Origin: Octopus vulgaris
Taxonomy: Eukaryota
Direction of reading: 5' to 3'
DNA length: 64,000 nt
Assembly (NCBI GenBank): GCA_951406725.2
Contig: OX597820.1
Location: forward strand, 13,888,001 to 13,952,000
The notes under the pieces were generated by a model. That model was not told the DNA's origin. It saw only the letters and a list, made by a program, of their open reading frames with translations, and did not search any database. Positions 1 to 11,014 of this stretch are shown in pieces. A program made the translations under genes and the position numbers. Within the stretch, counting starts at the first letter, position 1. Each line of letters opens with the position of its first letter.

Positions 1-19
1 CCTTTCATTTTTTTTTTTT

Positions 20-350
20 TTGTCAGCACTGAGCATTCTTTACTCTTTCACTCGCTACTGGCAACTTCTACTCTATCAACTACCGCCCAGCGAGCGAACT
101 TGTCATTGTCACCACAATTACTGCTGTACTTATTCTATCAGATTCTTAACTACCTGTCGAGCAAACGAATAAATATATGTAAATAATATTTTTTCCTTCT
201 TGGTGTTGATTCTGCGATGTTTACAGGTTACTCCGACTCGAGAACCTTCAAGCGTTACATCTACACGCTACATTCGATAGTCGTCTACATCATATCGACA
301 TGGTATGGCACATTACGTTCTGTCACAATTGGTGACCCTCAGCCGCTACA
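20..350 (+). mobile_element. LTR remnant (3' part), related to solo LTR at 14530
   Basis: Colinear similarity to about 14890-15181 (GAATAAATATATGTAAAT, GGTTACTCC..CGAGAACCTT, shared CCGCTACA end). Confidence 0.65.
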
Positions 351-623
351 GTTTGTATTGCAAGAAATAGCTAGGTTTCTTTCTCTAGCAGTTTAGATAG
401 TCCAACTTAGGCATGTTAATACGTGAAAAACAAAATAGGAATGTTGAAAGTATCTATAAAATTAGTTTTGGAACATCGAATGGCTATGAGGTTTACTTGA
501 ATAAAATAATCCTTAAATAAAAAATGGATGAGAGTCCCTGATTTAGTGCCACACTTTTCAGATCTTTTGGATTTCTGAACATCAGAGGGAAACATTAAAT
601 TCATGGAGAGTATTTATAGTAAA

Positions 624-1000
624 CTAGCAGTATCGTCCGGCGTTGCTCTGGTTTGTAAGGGAAATAACTATAAAGCATTTTTAGAGAGTTATAGCCAAAA
701 AATGGAAAAAATGATGGTAACTTTTTTTTGAGAGTAAAAAAAGGTGGAGTTGCGTCCCCTAGACAGTTTGCGGTTTGTGTTTCTGATTCTCGACCCCATG
801 TCGAATTTATCGATTTTTTTCAGAACTGGGGGAACTTTTCAAAATTTTCGCTGCGTTAGTTTTGAATTATGACATTGGGCTATGTGTGTGTCAAGTTTCA
901 TCAGAATCGGTTGAAAGCCGTGGTCAGGGTGAGGGTACAAGCAAACAGACACACAGAAACACGCACAGACAAACTGCCGTTTATATATAGAGAGTAGAGA
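624..1000 (-). mobile_element. Non-autonomous Helitron
   Basis: On the minus strand it starts TC after A, has a CTGT-type microsatellite, a subterminal GC-rich hairpin and ends CTAG before T. The 3' end matches 39902-40294. A remnant of the same family lies at about 48135-48273. Confidence 0.8.
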
Positions 1001-1796
1001 TTATTGAACTAAATGTAATACGGAAGAGTAAGAGATGTACAAAAACATACGCACGCAAAGCAATAAAAAAAAGCCCACAAAAGTAATTGATAAAAATAAT
1101 TGGAATATTCTGGTAAACTAAGAGTCATTCAAACTTATATAAAGTGAACAAGAAAGAAAATTGAAATAGTTTATGAAAGAAATCATAAAATATGTGCAGT
1201 TTTCCTCGAAGTGCCATTCCCGGGGCCGTCTTTGAGAACTGAGCCTTACTGTATGTATTTATTGATAACAAGGCACAGCATACATAGATCAGAATTGAAA
1301 CCCTAGAATCGCGAGGACTCCAAGCAAACTAACCATTCCACGTGGGGAAAAGAACAGGTTGTTTTTAATTATATTTGTATTTTGATCGCCTTGTATTTTT
1401 AATATTCTTGACTATCGAAAGATCGCCGTTTTAAGCCTTAAGAGTAAAAATACCAATTCAATTTAAGTTGGACTTGTACGTGAATTTATGAAATTAAACG
1501 TTATTACAATTCGTCTCCGGTTCTAAAAAACGATTCCCCATCCCTACAATTAAAAATTGCAGTCGAATTTCCTTCATATCGCATTCTAACGTCTTAAACA
1601 AGGACAGGACATTCCAAATAATACAGCCCCAGATAACCCTGAAAAAAAAAAAACAGGATGGCCACAGCTGGAAAGTGTCTGAGCACGGGTTTGCTCCTTC
1701 TAAACATCAATAACAATGCACGGCGCTGGGAAAAGCAAAGAAAATCACAATGTAGATGTGATACTAAATATCTAACAGTTTTGTTATTATTATTAT

Positions 1797-1990
1797 TCTG
1801 CGAGCTGGCGGAATCGCTAGCATGCCGGACAAAATGCTTAGTGCCATTTCATCCGTGTTTAGTACTGTGTTCAAACTCCACCGAGCTTGCTTTTGCCTTT
1901 CATCCCTTTGGAGGTTGATAAAATAAATTACTAGTTCACTTTCCCAATAACCAAAATTCATTCAAAGCCTCGTGTTTATAGTAAGTAAAA
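1797..1990 (+). mobile_element. tRNA-derived SINE, family A (Nin/Deu-like core)
   Basis: Head GAGCTGGCAGAATCGTTAGC..GTTCAAA and core TTTGCCTTTCATCCTTTCGGGGTCGATAAA. Other approximate copies: 2635-2846(-), 8716-8920, 8930-9137, 12093-12220, 12235-12450, 12530-13055, 13078-13280(-), 17265-17418(-), 26124-26745, 26755-26970, 26986-27175, 28255-28450(-), 28818-28996(-), 34645-34795(-), 34950-35150(-), 35864-36025, 41208-41420, 41981-42145, 46735-46945(-). Confidence 0.85.
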
Positions 1991-2318
1991 ATAATTGTTA
2001 CTGTTGTTACCACTGAGTGTATAATTAATGGAGCAAATTAATTTAATTACAGCCAAAAATGTATGATGAATGTGCGTGGGCTGCGAGTGCACGAGTAGCT
2101 TTATACTCACGCGACTATCGGCCGTTCTCTAGCTTTGATGGTTGTTTATACGGAATGTGTTGTTGATGCGTTGCTATGGAGACCACCCTCAACAAACCAG
2201 CGTCAAGTTACTTAGACAATTTCATAACATGTTGCCTTGCTAATTGTGTGTGTGTGGAGAGAGAGAGAGAGCATGTATAATGGGTACACGTTCGATATAT
2301 GGATAGTTCGTGCGCGCG

Positions 2319-2625
2319 CGGGTACTACTAGCGAACAGTGGTCCCGGTGCGCGCACTCGCGCATCCGCGCTAGCTAGTCGTAAGTAGTCGATCCTGCAAC
2401 GACTTGCGCGTATGCGTATTTCAAGGCTGAATACTTATCAAAGAAAATTAAATAATATTTTTCGAACAAAGTAAAAAATTTTTGAAACTAAGTAAATAAA
2501 TTATTTTTATAAACAAACTAGGGTTAGGGTTAGGTTTAGGGTTAAAAAGTCATTGTAGGATCGACTACTTACGACTAACTAGCGCGAGTGCGCGCCCCGG
2601 GAGCACTGTTCGCTAGTAGTACCCG
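2319..2625. mobile_element. MITE with about 80-bp TIRs and internal TTAGGG tract
   Basis: CGGGTACTACTAGCGAACAGTG... is inverted at ...CACTGTTCGCTAGTAGTACCCG. No clear TSD. A decayed relative starts at about 2921. Confidence 0.8.
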
Positions 2626-3072
2626 GCTGGTGTTTCCTACAGTAGGCACACTGCCTGAAATTTGTGGAGAGGGAGCTAGTCAGTTAGATCGATCACAGTA
2701 CGCAACTGGTACTTAATTTATCGACCCCGAAAGGGATGAAAGGCAAAGTCGACCTCGGCGTAATTTGAACTCTGAACGTAAAGACAGACGAAATGCCGAT
2801 AAGCATTTCGCCCGGCGCGCTAACGTTCCTGCCAGTTTGCTGCCTCATGTACGGCTAGTGTTTGCGTGGATGTATATATTCGTGTATAATATTCTGAACT
2901 GACTCAAATGGTATAATGTCAGGTACTATTTAAGAAGAGTGGTCCCGGTGCGAGCACTCACGCATCCGCACTAGCTAGTCGTGACTAGTCGATCCTTACT
3001 TTGTGTTTTTGCTTTATTTCCTTTGTATTATTGTTTTATTTCCTTTGTGTTTTTGTATTTTATTTACTTTGT

Positions 3073-3943
3073 GGATCTTTTCACTTTGACCGGAAGATTT
3101 TAAAAATAATTTCTTTGTAACTAAACACTTTTAAACTTCGTATACTGGTAGAATGTGTTACATAAAACATCTTTTTCTCTTGGCTTTCTTGAGAAAATTC
3201 TGTAGTTTGTAAGCTATTTCTTGTTAAATTTCTTGCATTTCGGCAATTTCAACCAATCAATGACGTCTATTGAGGTAAATACAATTTCTGCAGTTGTTTG
3301 TCAATGCGGTGTCATATCAGTTTGTCCCTCTTATTTATGACATATTTCATATCAGTTACGTTCGTATGAATAAAAGATTATCGTTATTAAACTTTTATTA
3401 ATAAACACATATTCTAAGTTCACAACATATGCAGTTTGAATTTCCCTCTCTGTTGCACAGATACACACATTACATATTATATATTCGTTTAAGAAACAGA
3501 TTGGGTTTATTTACACCCCTAACCCTAAAACAACTCTGTTTACGAGTGACCCCTCAGTTTATGGTCACACACATGTATTTGTTTACATTTGAAGATCGTC
3601 GCTTTCCGTAAAATTTTTAGTTTTTTTATATATGTGGGGTTAGGGTTAGGAGTGGGGGGAAGGGCATCTTTTTTCTCATAAATAACAGTGACAAGCTGAT
3701 ATGACGCCGCATTGACAAACAACCGCAGAAATTGTATTTACCTCAATAGACGTCATTGATTGGTTGAAATTGCCGAAATGCAAGAAGTTTAACAACAAAT
3801 AGCTTACAAACTACAGAATTTTCTCAAGGAAGCCAAGAGAAAAAGATGTTTTATGTAACACATTCTACCAGTATACGCAGTTTAAAAGTGTTTAGTTACA
3901 AAGAAATTATTTTAAAAATCTGCCGGTCAAAGTGAAAAGATCC
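3073..3943. mobile_element. MITE with about 250-bp TIRs and 8-bp TSD (Merlin- or MULE-like)
   Basis: GGATCTTTTCACTTTGACCGG... is inverted at ...CCGGTCAAAGTGAAAAGATCC. Flanked by TACTTTGT at 3065-72 and 3944-51. Confidence 0.88.
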
Positions 3944-4461
3944 TACTTTGTTTTAAAAAAAATTATTTACTTGGTGTAATAAAAAATTTTGTTTTTTTGT
4001 GTGACTAGTCGATCCTACAACGACTACCTAGCTGTACCAGAAAGCTTGTTGTAAACTCCAAGCAGTATATCTGTCTCGCTGAAATAAGTTCCAGTTACGT
4101 ACTGTAATCGACCAGTCCCCTCCCCCCAAATCTCAGGCCTTGTGCCTATAGTAGAAAGGGGTATTTGTATGTGGAATAATAAAATCTTGTGTTGTTTGTG
4201 GGTGTTGTCAGTTGCTTCTTCATGCAGCCCCGAGAAAACACATTTGGTGCGGTCTACCCCAGTATTCTGTCTATGCAGTGAAATTAATTTTAGCGTACGG
4301 TCTACCGTTTCTAACCCACTTAACCCGAGTTAATTTTTAACCATTACAATACTGTTAAAGGATTTCTATAGACGTATAATTTTCACAGAGGCTATTGAGA
4401 GATCACGGTTGGATTCCAGAACAACTATTTTAAAGAAAACGAGAGGCGTTAGCAGTGAGCT

Positions 4462-4821
4462 TTACTCTTTTATTTGTTTCAATCACTTGACTGCGGCCAT
4501 GCTGGAGCACCGCCTTTAGTCGAGCAAATCACCCCCGGACTTATTCTATCGGTCTCTTTTGCCGAACCGCTAACTGGCGGTTGTCAAGCGATGTTGGGGG
4601 GGGGGGGACAAACACAGACACAAACATATACACATATATATATATATACATATATACGACGAGCTTCTTTCAGTTTCCGTCTACCAAATCTACTCACAAG
4701 GCTTTGGTCGGCCCGAGGCTATAGTAGAAGACACCTGCCCAATGTGCCACGCAGTGGGACTGAACCCGGAACCATGTGGTTGGTAAGCAAGCTACTTACA
4801 CACAGCCACTCCTGCGCCTAT
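4462..4821 (-). mobile_element. tRNA-derived SINE, family B (CORE-like, internal TA/TG microsatellite)
   Basis: Head GGAGTGGCTGTGTGGTAAG..GGGTTCAGTCCC, core CCTTGGGCAAGTGTCTT, tail GAAACAAGTAAAAGAG. Other approximate copies: 13403-13798, 13862-14015(-), 14420-15235(-, split by LTR), 15282-15655, 20537-20880, 24920-25290(-), 25465-25840, 27455-27865, 29530-30355(-), 31572-32100, 32430-32825(-), 38045-38613(-), 44175-44395, 55740-55950(-), 60625-60972(-). Confidence 0.85.
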
Positions 4822-4832
4822 AAATGTGTGAC

Positions 4833-4951
4833 GCTTACAGCACCTAGGTTTCCCAAGCGGTCACCCATCTAAGTACTAACTAGGCTCGACGTTGCTTAAC
4901 TTCGGTGATCGAACGAGAAACCGGTACTTTCAACATGATATGGCCGTTTGA
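4833..4951 (-). pseudogene. Dispersed 5S rRNA copy, probably non-functional
   Basis: Minus strand reads ACGGCCATATCATGTTGAAAGTACCGG...GATCACCGAAGTTAAGCAACGTCGAGCCTAGTTAGTACTTAGATGGGTGACCGCTTGGG...GGTGCTGTAAGC. The outer end of helix I is mismatched and no oligo-T terminator follows. Confidence 0.9.
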
Positions 4952-5196
4952 TCATTTTTGCTGCAAAGTTTTGAGAAAAGCTGCAGCAGATTAGTTTGTG
5001 GCATTCCTAAATGATGAGCAAAGTGTGCATCGTTAATTAAGTTTCAGGTGTAAGATATTAATAAATCATTATTCAATTTGTTTTTATCATCGTGTAGTAT
5101 AAAGCTTTTATAGCTAAGGTAGATCGTACGCTGAAGGCTAAGAAAATGGAGACCGCGCGCTAAAAGTAATTTCACAGCGTAGACAGGATACTGCAC

Positions 5197-5780
5197 TTTT
5201 CTACTTTAGGCACAAGGGCTGAATTTCTTTTTGGGTGGGGGCAGTCGATTAGATCGACCCCAGTACACAACTGATACTTAATTTATCGACCCCGAAAACA
5301 TGAAAGGCAAAGTCGACCTCGGCGGAATTTGAACTCAGAATGTAAAGACAGACGAAATACCTATTTCTATTTGTTTACTACCCACAAGGGGATAAACACA
5401 GAAGGGACAAACAAGGACAGACAAACGGATTAAGTCGATTACATCTACCCCATTGCGTAACTGGTACTTAATTTATCGACCCCGAAAGGATGAAAGGCAA
5501 AGTCGACCTCGGCGGTATTTGAACTCAGAATGTAAAGACAGACGAAATACCTATTTCTATTTGTTTACTACCCACAAGGGGCTAAACACAGAGGGGACAA
5601 ACAAGGACAGACAAACTGATTAAGTCAATTACATCGACCCCAGTGCGTAACTGGTACTTAATTTATCGACCCCGAAAGGATGAAAGGCAAAGTCGACCTC
5701 GGCGGAATTTGAACTCAGAACGTAACGGCAGACGAAATACGGCTACGCATTTCGCCCGGCGTGCTAACGATTCTGGCAGC
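5197..5780 (-). mobile_element. Family A SINE with tandemly triplicated core
   Basis: The block TACTTAATTTATCGACCCCGAAA..AAGTCGACCTCGGCGG..GAACTCAGAA occurs three times about 190 bp apart. Confidence 0.85.
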
Positions 5781-6449
5781 TATTTCTCATCAACCTTAAA
5801 AAGAAATGACGTTATACGTCGTACGAATAAAAAGTTGCAAAGTACAAACACCATAGTTTTGTGTAGTTTAACAAATATCCTTTTAATGCAAAATAGCTAC
5901 ATCAGCAGTTTTTGATAATGCTATCCTTGACACGTATTGTTTTATGTAACAGGCATTATTCCGTATGAAATAACAGTTGCAAGGTAAGTTTTGTCGGAAA
6001 CGAAATGTAGGCCAAATGCGTGTTGCCTGGATCTTCTATTCAACTGCTTTCGTTCTGCGGATTCACGTCATACAATGTCACTTCTTTGATAAATGAAATA
6101 AAAATTACGCTTTGCGAAAATGACGTAAGGGAAACGTCTTGGCTTTGAATAGTTACTTTCTTTTCTATCTTTTATAGGTTGAAAGATATCTTTCATTCGT
6201 TTCTTTACTGGAATTTTTGCAGTAAAATGTCTTACGTGTCCCATTCATCTGACAGCACAGGAGCCGAACAAAGGAGCCATTATGTGATCGCTTGGCCTGC
6301 TAGAAAGAACAGCTAAAATGTTGCTTTCAAATAACCCGAAGTATCAAGAGGGAAAAGGCACATTAACCGAAGCACCGCCATATAATAAATTCGAAAACTA
6401 ATTTCTGTGTGTCAGTGTGTCACACTTAGACCCCCTCCCTCTCCCACTA
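5780..6449 (+). repeat. Local segmental duplication, copy A
   Basis: About 670 bp colinear and highly similar to 9256-9935. Confidence 0.92.
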
Positions 6450-7732
6450 AAGTAGCACTACACATTATCACTCATCAACTCAACCATTCGTCATCTCAGG
6501 CTCACGACAGCAGTAAGGCTCCACTCAATCATTCTAGTTTTAGAACTTAAACACTGAAGTTCGCATTTCAACGAAAGCTACCTGCTACAGTTCTCTTAAC
6601 ATTCGCTTCTAAAACATATCTAATTCATATACGTTAAAAATTGTGCTGCGTTTTGTAGCTTCCTTGTTTGATAAGCTGAAAAAAAAACAACACCGGCATT
6701 GTTGGGTCTTTATCTTCATGGTGTGCAATTTTGTGCAATTCTAAAAACGCCCAGACCAAGCACAACTCGTCGTAAAGTTTTCACTTTCAACATTAAAACA
6801 TTAGTAACTCGTTTGTTTTAATTTATTTATATCATTAAATAAATATCAAAATTTCATCCGTATGGCGGTTATCAAACGAAGAGTGTAATTCTGAGAAACG
6901 TCTAACTCCCACGTTTTCCCATTATGTCACTTCCTGGTTAATTTTGTAGCAACTAAAGGTGTTCCATTTTTTCTGTAGCATGTCGTAAGTTGTGTGTTGT
7001 TGGCTGGACTGAGGTGATGACTAGCTGAGTTGGTGATTAAAAATCTATTTCTCAGACTGCATGAAGAAATATGTTTCTTTATTAGCCACACAGACGGGAC
7101 AGATTACAAAGTAGAGCTTTTCTTTTTTGGGGAGAGAAAAAAAAAAGGTGGGGTAGGTTTTCAATCAAAAGGGATCGTAAAAGGGAAAGAAGAAAATAAA
7201 CGATCAATAGGGATCGTGTATCACAGTGACATGATATAAAGTTTAAGGGAGGAAGCAGATCAGGTTTATCCGTGGGAAGAAAAGACCACGGTAACCTCGG
7301 TCAATAGTGTTACATGTTACCACTCGCAAACAATTAACAAAAGATTTTATTGCCGAAATGAGTTTTTGTGTTGGTCTTTTACAAATAACAGCAATAATTA
7401 CATACTGGGAGACATTGTGCTTACTGATACAGCAATCTGTGGTTATTGTACTTAAGATCACAATCTGATACAGCAATCTGTGGCTGACCCATCATAACAG
7501 GAAACAATTTTGCGATATTCGTGGTGACGGACATTTCTGCAGAGTATCTGCCATATGTCGTAACCGTCTGGCTGTGGCGAGAATGGAGACACTACACGCA
7601 ATTGCCTCGACATTCTGCAATTACTGCCAAAAGGGGCCTTTTTATAGGGCACAAAGAGAAGATTCTAGAAGAATGAATCATGTGATGACTTGACGCTGAT
7701 TGATTTTCTTATTTGGCCGATCGCGTGAAAGT

Positions 7733-7995
7733 ATAGTGGCTTGATCGTGATGTCTATCTGGTTACCTAGCAGTTCGGTTTGGAATCACTACTATAAGTAC
7801 AAGCTCTGATCTTCCCCTCCCCACATTACTGAGAATTGTTCACCCCAGTTCATGCAGCGGCAAATAAATTCCAGTAATAACTGCAAAGTTAACCATACGA
7901 CTGACTGGCGTTCCATCCAGTGGGAGTGATATTTTCTCAGTCACTTATAAACCAAGGAAACCAAGCTTAGCTCTTGCTTTATGAGTCCTAGGACT
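7733..7995 (+). mobile_element. Old tRNA-derived SINE (Meta/V-domain-like core)
   Basis: Core GACTGGCGTTCCATCCAGTGGGAGT...CTCAGTCACTT. A related copy with clearer A/B boxes lies at about 19284-19555. Confidence 0.55.
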
Positions 7996-9255
7996 TATGA
8001 CAGATCTATGATTGAAGATAGGGTAGCAGTGATTCGAAAGCGAACTGCAAGGTAACCGGTCAGGCATCACGACCTAGCCACACTATTTCACGTGAGCGGC
8101 CTATAAGGCAACAAATCAGTGTCAAGCCATCGCGTTGCTCAATTTTCTAGATTCGTCTTCTTGCACCCTATATAAAGCCGCTTTTAACACCCTAACTCTT
8201 TGCAGAGGGTTGACAGCGGTCGAACCATTCACGTCTCACCAGGCAGCTGAGCGATGTGTCTCTTTACTTACTACAGTCAGACGACTCAGGAAAACCGTTG
8301 AAACAGATGGCAGATAGACGAAAAGAATCTCCACCGCCAAGAATACAGCATAATTGTTTCCAGCTATGTCGGACCAGCTAAATGTCGCTGTTTCAGTAAG
8401 CTTGCTGTAAACTCCAAGCAGCATGTCTCTCGCATTATGTAATTATTAATGCTGTTATTTGTAAAAGACCAACGCATATTTTATGTGCAGTCATTAACAT
8501 CTGTTAAATGTCGGTCATCAGCTAAAACACAACAGACACATTTGAGACAAAAGTAAAGTTACTTATGAAGGACTTACAATAAATTAATAATGTTCCTGCT
8601 TATTTATTTTCACTATTTATTCATTGTTTATTTTACATTTGTCCGAGCTCATTTTACGTGACAATAGTGAAATAAAAAGTCGAATAATTAGTTTATTTAT
8701 TCATTGCTTTGCCGAAGGCAGCGAGCTGACAGAAGTGTTAACACGCCGGATTAACAGCTAAGGGACATTTTTTTCGGCCTCTGAGTTTAGATTTCTCCAA
8801 GGTCGACTTTGCCTTTCATTTTTTTTTTTTTTTTCGGGAGTTGATAAAATAAAATAACTGCTCAAATGTTGGACTTGCCAAAAAATTTTCGGGTCGTATT
8901 CCAAAAGTAGAAAGAATTATTTTACTGAGAGCGGTGAGCTGGCAGAATCGTTAGCGCACCGGATAAAATGTTAAGCAGCATTTCTTCCGGTTTCACTTTC
9001 GGAGTTAAAATTCTGCCAGCTTTCCGTCCTTTCAATATCGATAGATTAAGTACCTGTCAAGTACTAGGTCGATGTAATCGACTAGCTTCCTCTCCATAAA
9101 ATTGCTAGCCTTGTGCCAAAATGAGAAAGAACTATTATTTTACTGACTTGAACAACGTAACATGATAAGGAAGAAAGGAAAAATAAAATCCAACAACAAA
9201 TTTAGCGACAGATATAATTTATGAATAATATATTTCATGATATTTATTCTTATTC

Positions 9256-9935
9256 TATTTCTCATCAATCTTAGAAAGAAGTGACGTTATACGTTGTACA
9301 AATAAAAGTTGCAAAGTACAAACACCATAGTTTTGTGTAGTTTAACAAATATCCTTTTAAATGCAAAATAGCTACATCAGCAGTTTTTGGTAATACTATC
9401 CTTGACACGTATTGTTTTATGTAACAGGCATTATTCTGTATGAAATAACAGTTGCAAGGTAAGTTTTGTCGGAAACAAAATGTAGGCCAAATGCGTGTTG
9501 CCTGGATCTTCTATTCAACTGCCTTCGTGCTGCGGATTAACGTCATACAATGTCACTTCTTTGATAAATGAAATAAAAATTACACTTTGCGAAAATGACG
9601 TAAGGGAAACGTTTTTGCTTTTAATGGTTACTTTCTTTTCTATCTTTTATAGGTTGAAATATATCTTTCATTCCTTTCTTTACTGGAATTTTTGCAGTAA
9701 AATGTCTTACGTGTCCCATTCATCTGACAGTATATGAGCCGAACAAAGGAGCCATTATGTGATCGTTTGGCCTGCTAGAAAAAACAGCTAAAATTTTGCT
9801 CTTCAAATAACCTGAAGTATCAAGAAGAGGGAAAAGGCACATTTAACAATGCAAACCCTCATCTAATATAATAAATGCGAAAACTAATTTCTGTGTGTCA
9901 GTGTGTCACACTTAGACCCCCTCCCCTCTCTCACT
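9256..9935 (+). repeat. Local segmental duplication, copy B
   Basis: Direct repeat of 5780-6449 with scattered substitutions and small indels. Confidence 0.92.
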
Positions 9936-11014
9936 ATTCATTGACAATCCTACTATTCCTCATGATGGGGTGAAAGTAATCGTAGGCATAGAGATGGTGA
10001 GGGCGGTGGCGAAGACAGACAGAGTGAGAAAGGAAGAAAAAGAGAGGGAGAGAAAGAGAGTCAAAGAAATTTAGAGAGAATTGATGTTTTATTAAAAGTA
10101 ATAATGTTGATAGTGACAATGGGAGTAATTATAAGAGAGAGAGAAAGAGTGGATATGTGCCCACCCTAAGAGAGGTCACTATCCTTGAACTCATGTCTCA
10201 TGCCAGTAGCTATGGTAAAAATAACATCCCAAATTGAAAAGAAATCCCCCCCTTTCCATCCACCCACCCACCCATCCATCCATCCATCCATCTCTATGGT
10301 GGTGGTAGCTGGGGCATTTAGGGATGATGGTGGTAGTAAGCGATATGAAAGACAGTGTTGATGGTGGTGGAGGAAAAGGCTGCGAAGTCAAAGGTATTGA
10401 TAGTAGAGGCGTCAGAAGTCTGGAGGGTGTGTGTATGGCAGTTGTGGTGGTGGTACTGATGATGGTGATGATTAAAAACAATCAACAGAAAGAGCGAGAG
10501 ACAGAGAGAGAGAGGTTAGACAGGAAAAAAATTGTACTGACCCCTGAATGCAAAGACAAAAAATGTTGTTTATCATGCAGTTTTGTAATAAGTTCCAAGT
10601 CAACAAATTGTACCATTGTTTTGATGAAAATTGTTCATTGTTTCAAAAATATGGGTCAAGTTTAATAAAATTTAGTATGTACTCAATGCATGATGGGGTG
10701 GCTTTTAAGCAAGTATGCAATAAAACAGGATGGTCACGACTGGAGTGCATTTTATCATAGGTCTCTTTGAACTGAGTTAGCCTAGAGGCCTAGAGTTACA
10801 AAAAAAAAGTGGCACACTGCTGCCAGGCTTCTATTTATATTTACTCTGAGAAATGTTTTATTCCAAATGAAAATCATTGCAACCATAATTAAAGATGAAG
10901 CCTCTAAGCAATTACTTGACTTGGTAGAAACTGAAGCCAAATCTTCCTCGAATCATATCACATTACTTTCAAGAAGTACAAGAAATGGGTTTTTCAAATA
11001 ACATTGGTTCTGCT

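Larger units (their letters stand above)
4260..5193. mobile_element. TIR element enclosing a SINE and the 5S copy
   Basis: Left end CAGTATTCTGTCTATGCAGTGAAATTAATTTTAGCGTACGGTCT matches the reverse complement of the right end at 38 of 44 positions. No TSD seen. Confidence 0.75.

Noticed and set aside
2519-2544. Interstitial telomere or fusion scar
   Set aside because: Only about four units, internal to a TIR element.
7010-7070. C/D box snoRNA (GTGATGA...CTGA)
   Set aside because: The boxes are too close together, and there is no terminal stem or recognisable guide sequence.
8275-8310. Hammerhead-like CAGACGA...GAAAC
   Set aside because: The core is mismatched and there are no pairing stems.
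9426-9458. Kinase subdomain IX resemblance (GIILYEI)
   Set aside because: Only seven residues, with no other kinase motifs in the adjacent candidate exons.
5780-9935. Paired LTRs of a retrotransposon
   Set aside because: No TG...CA termini, PBS, PPT or gag/pol remnants. The repeat contains splice signals and pieces of other repeats.
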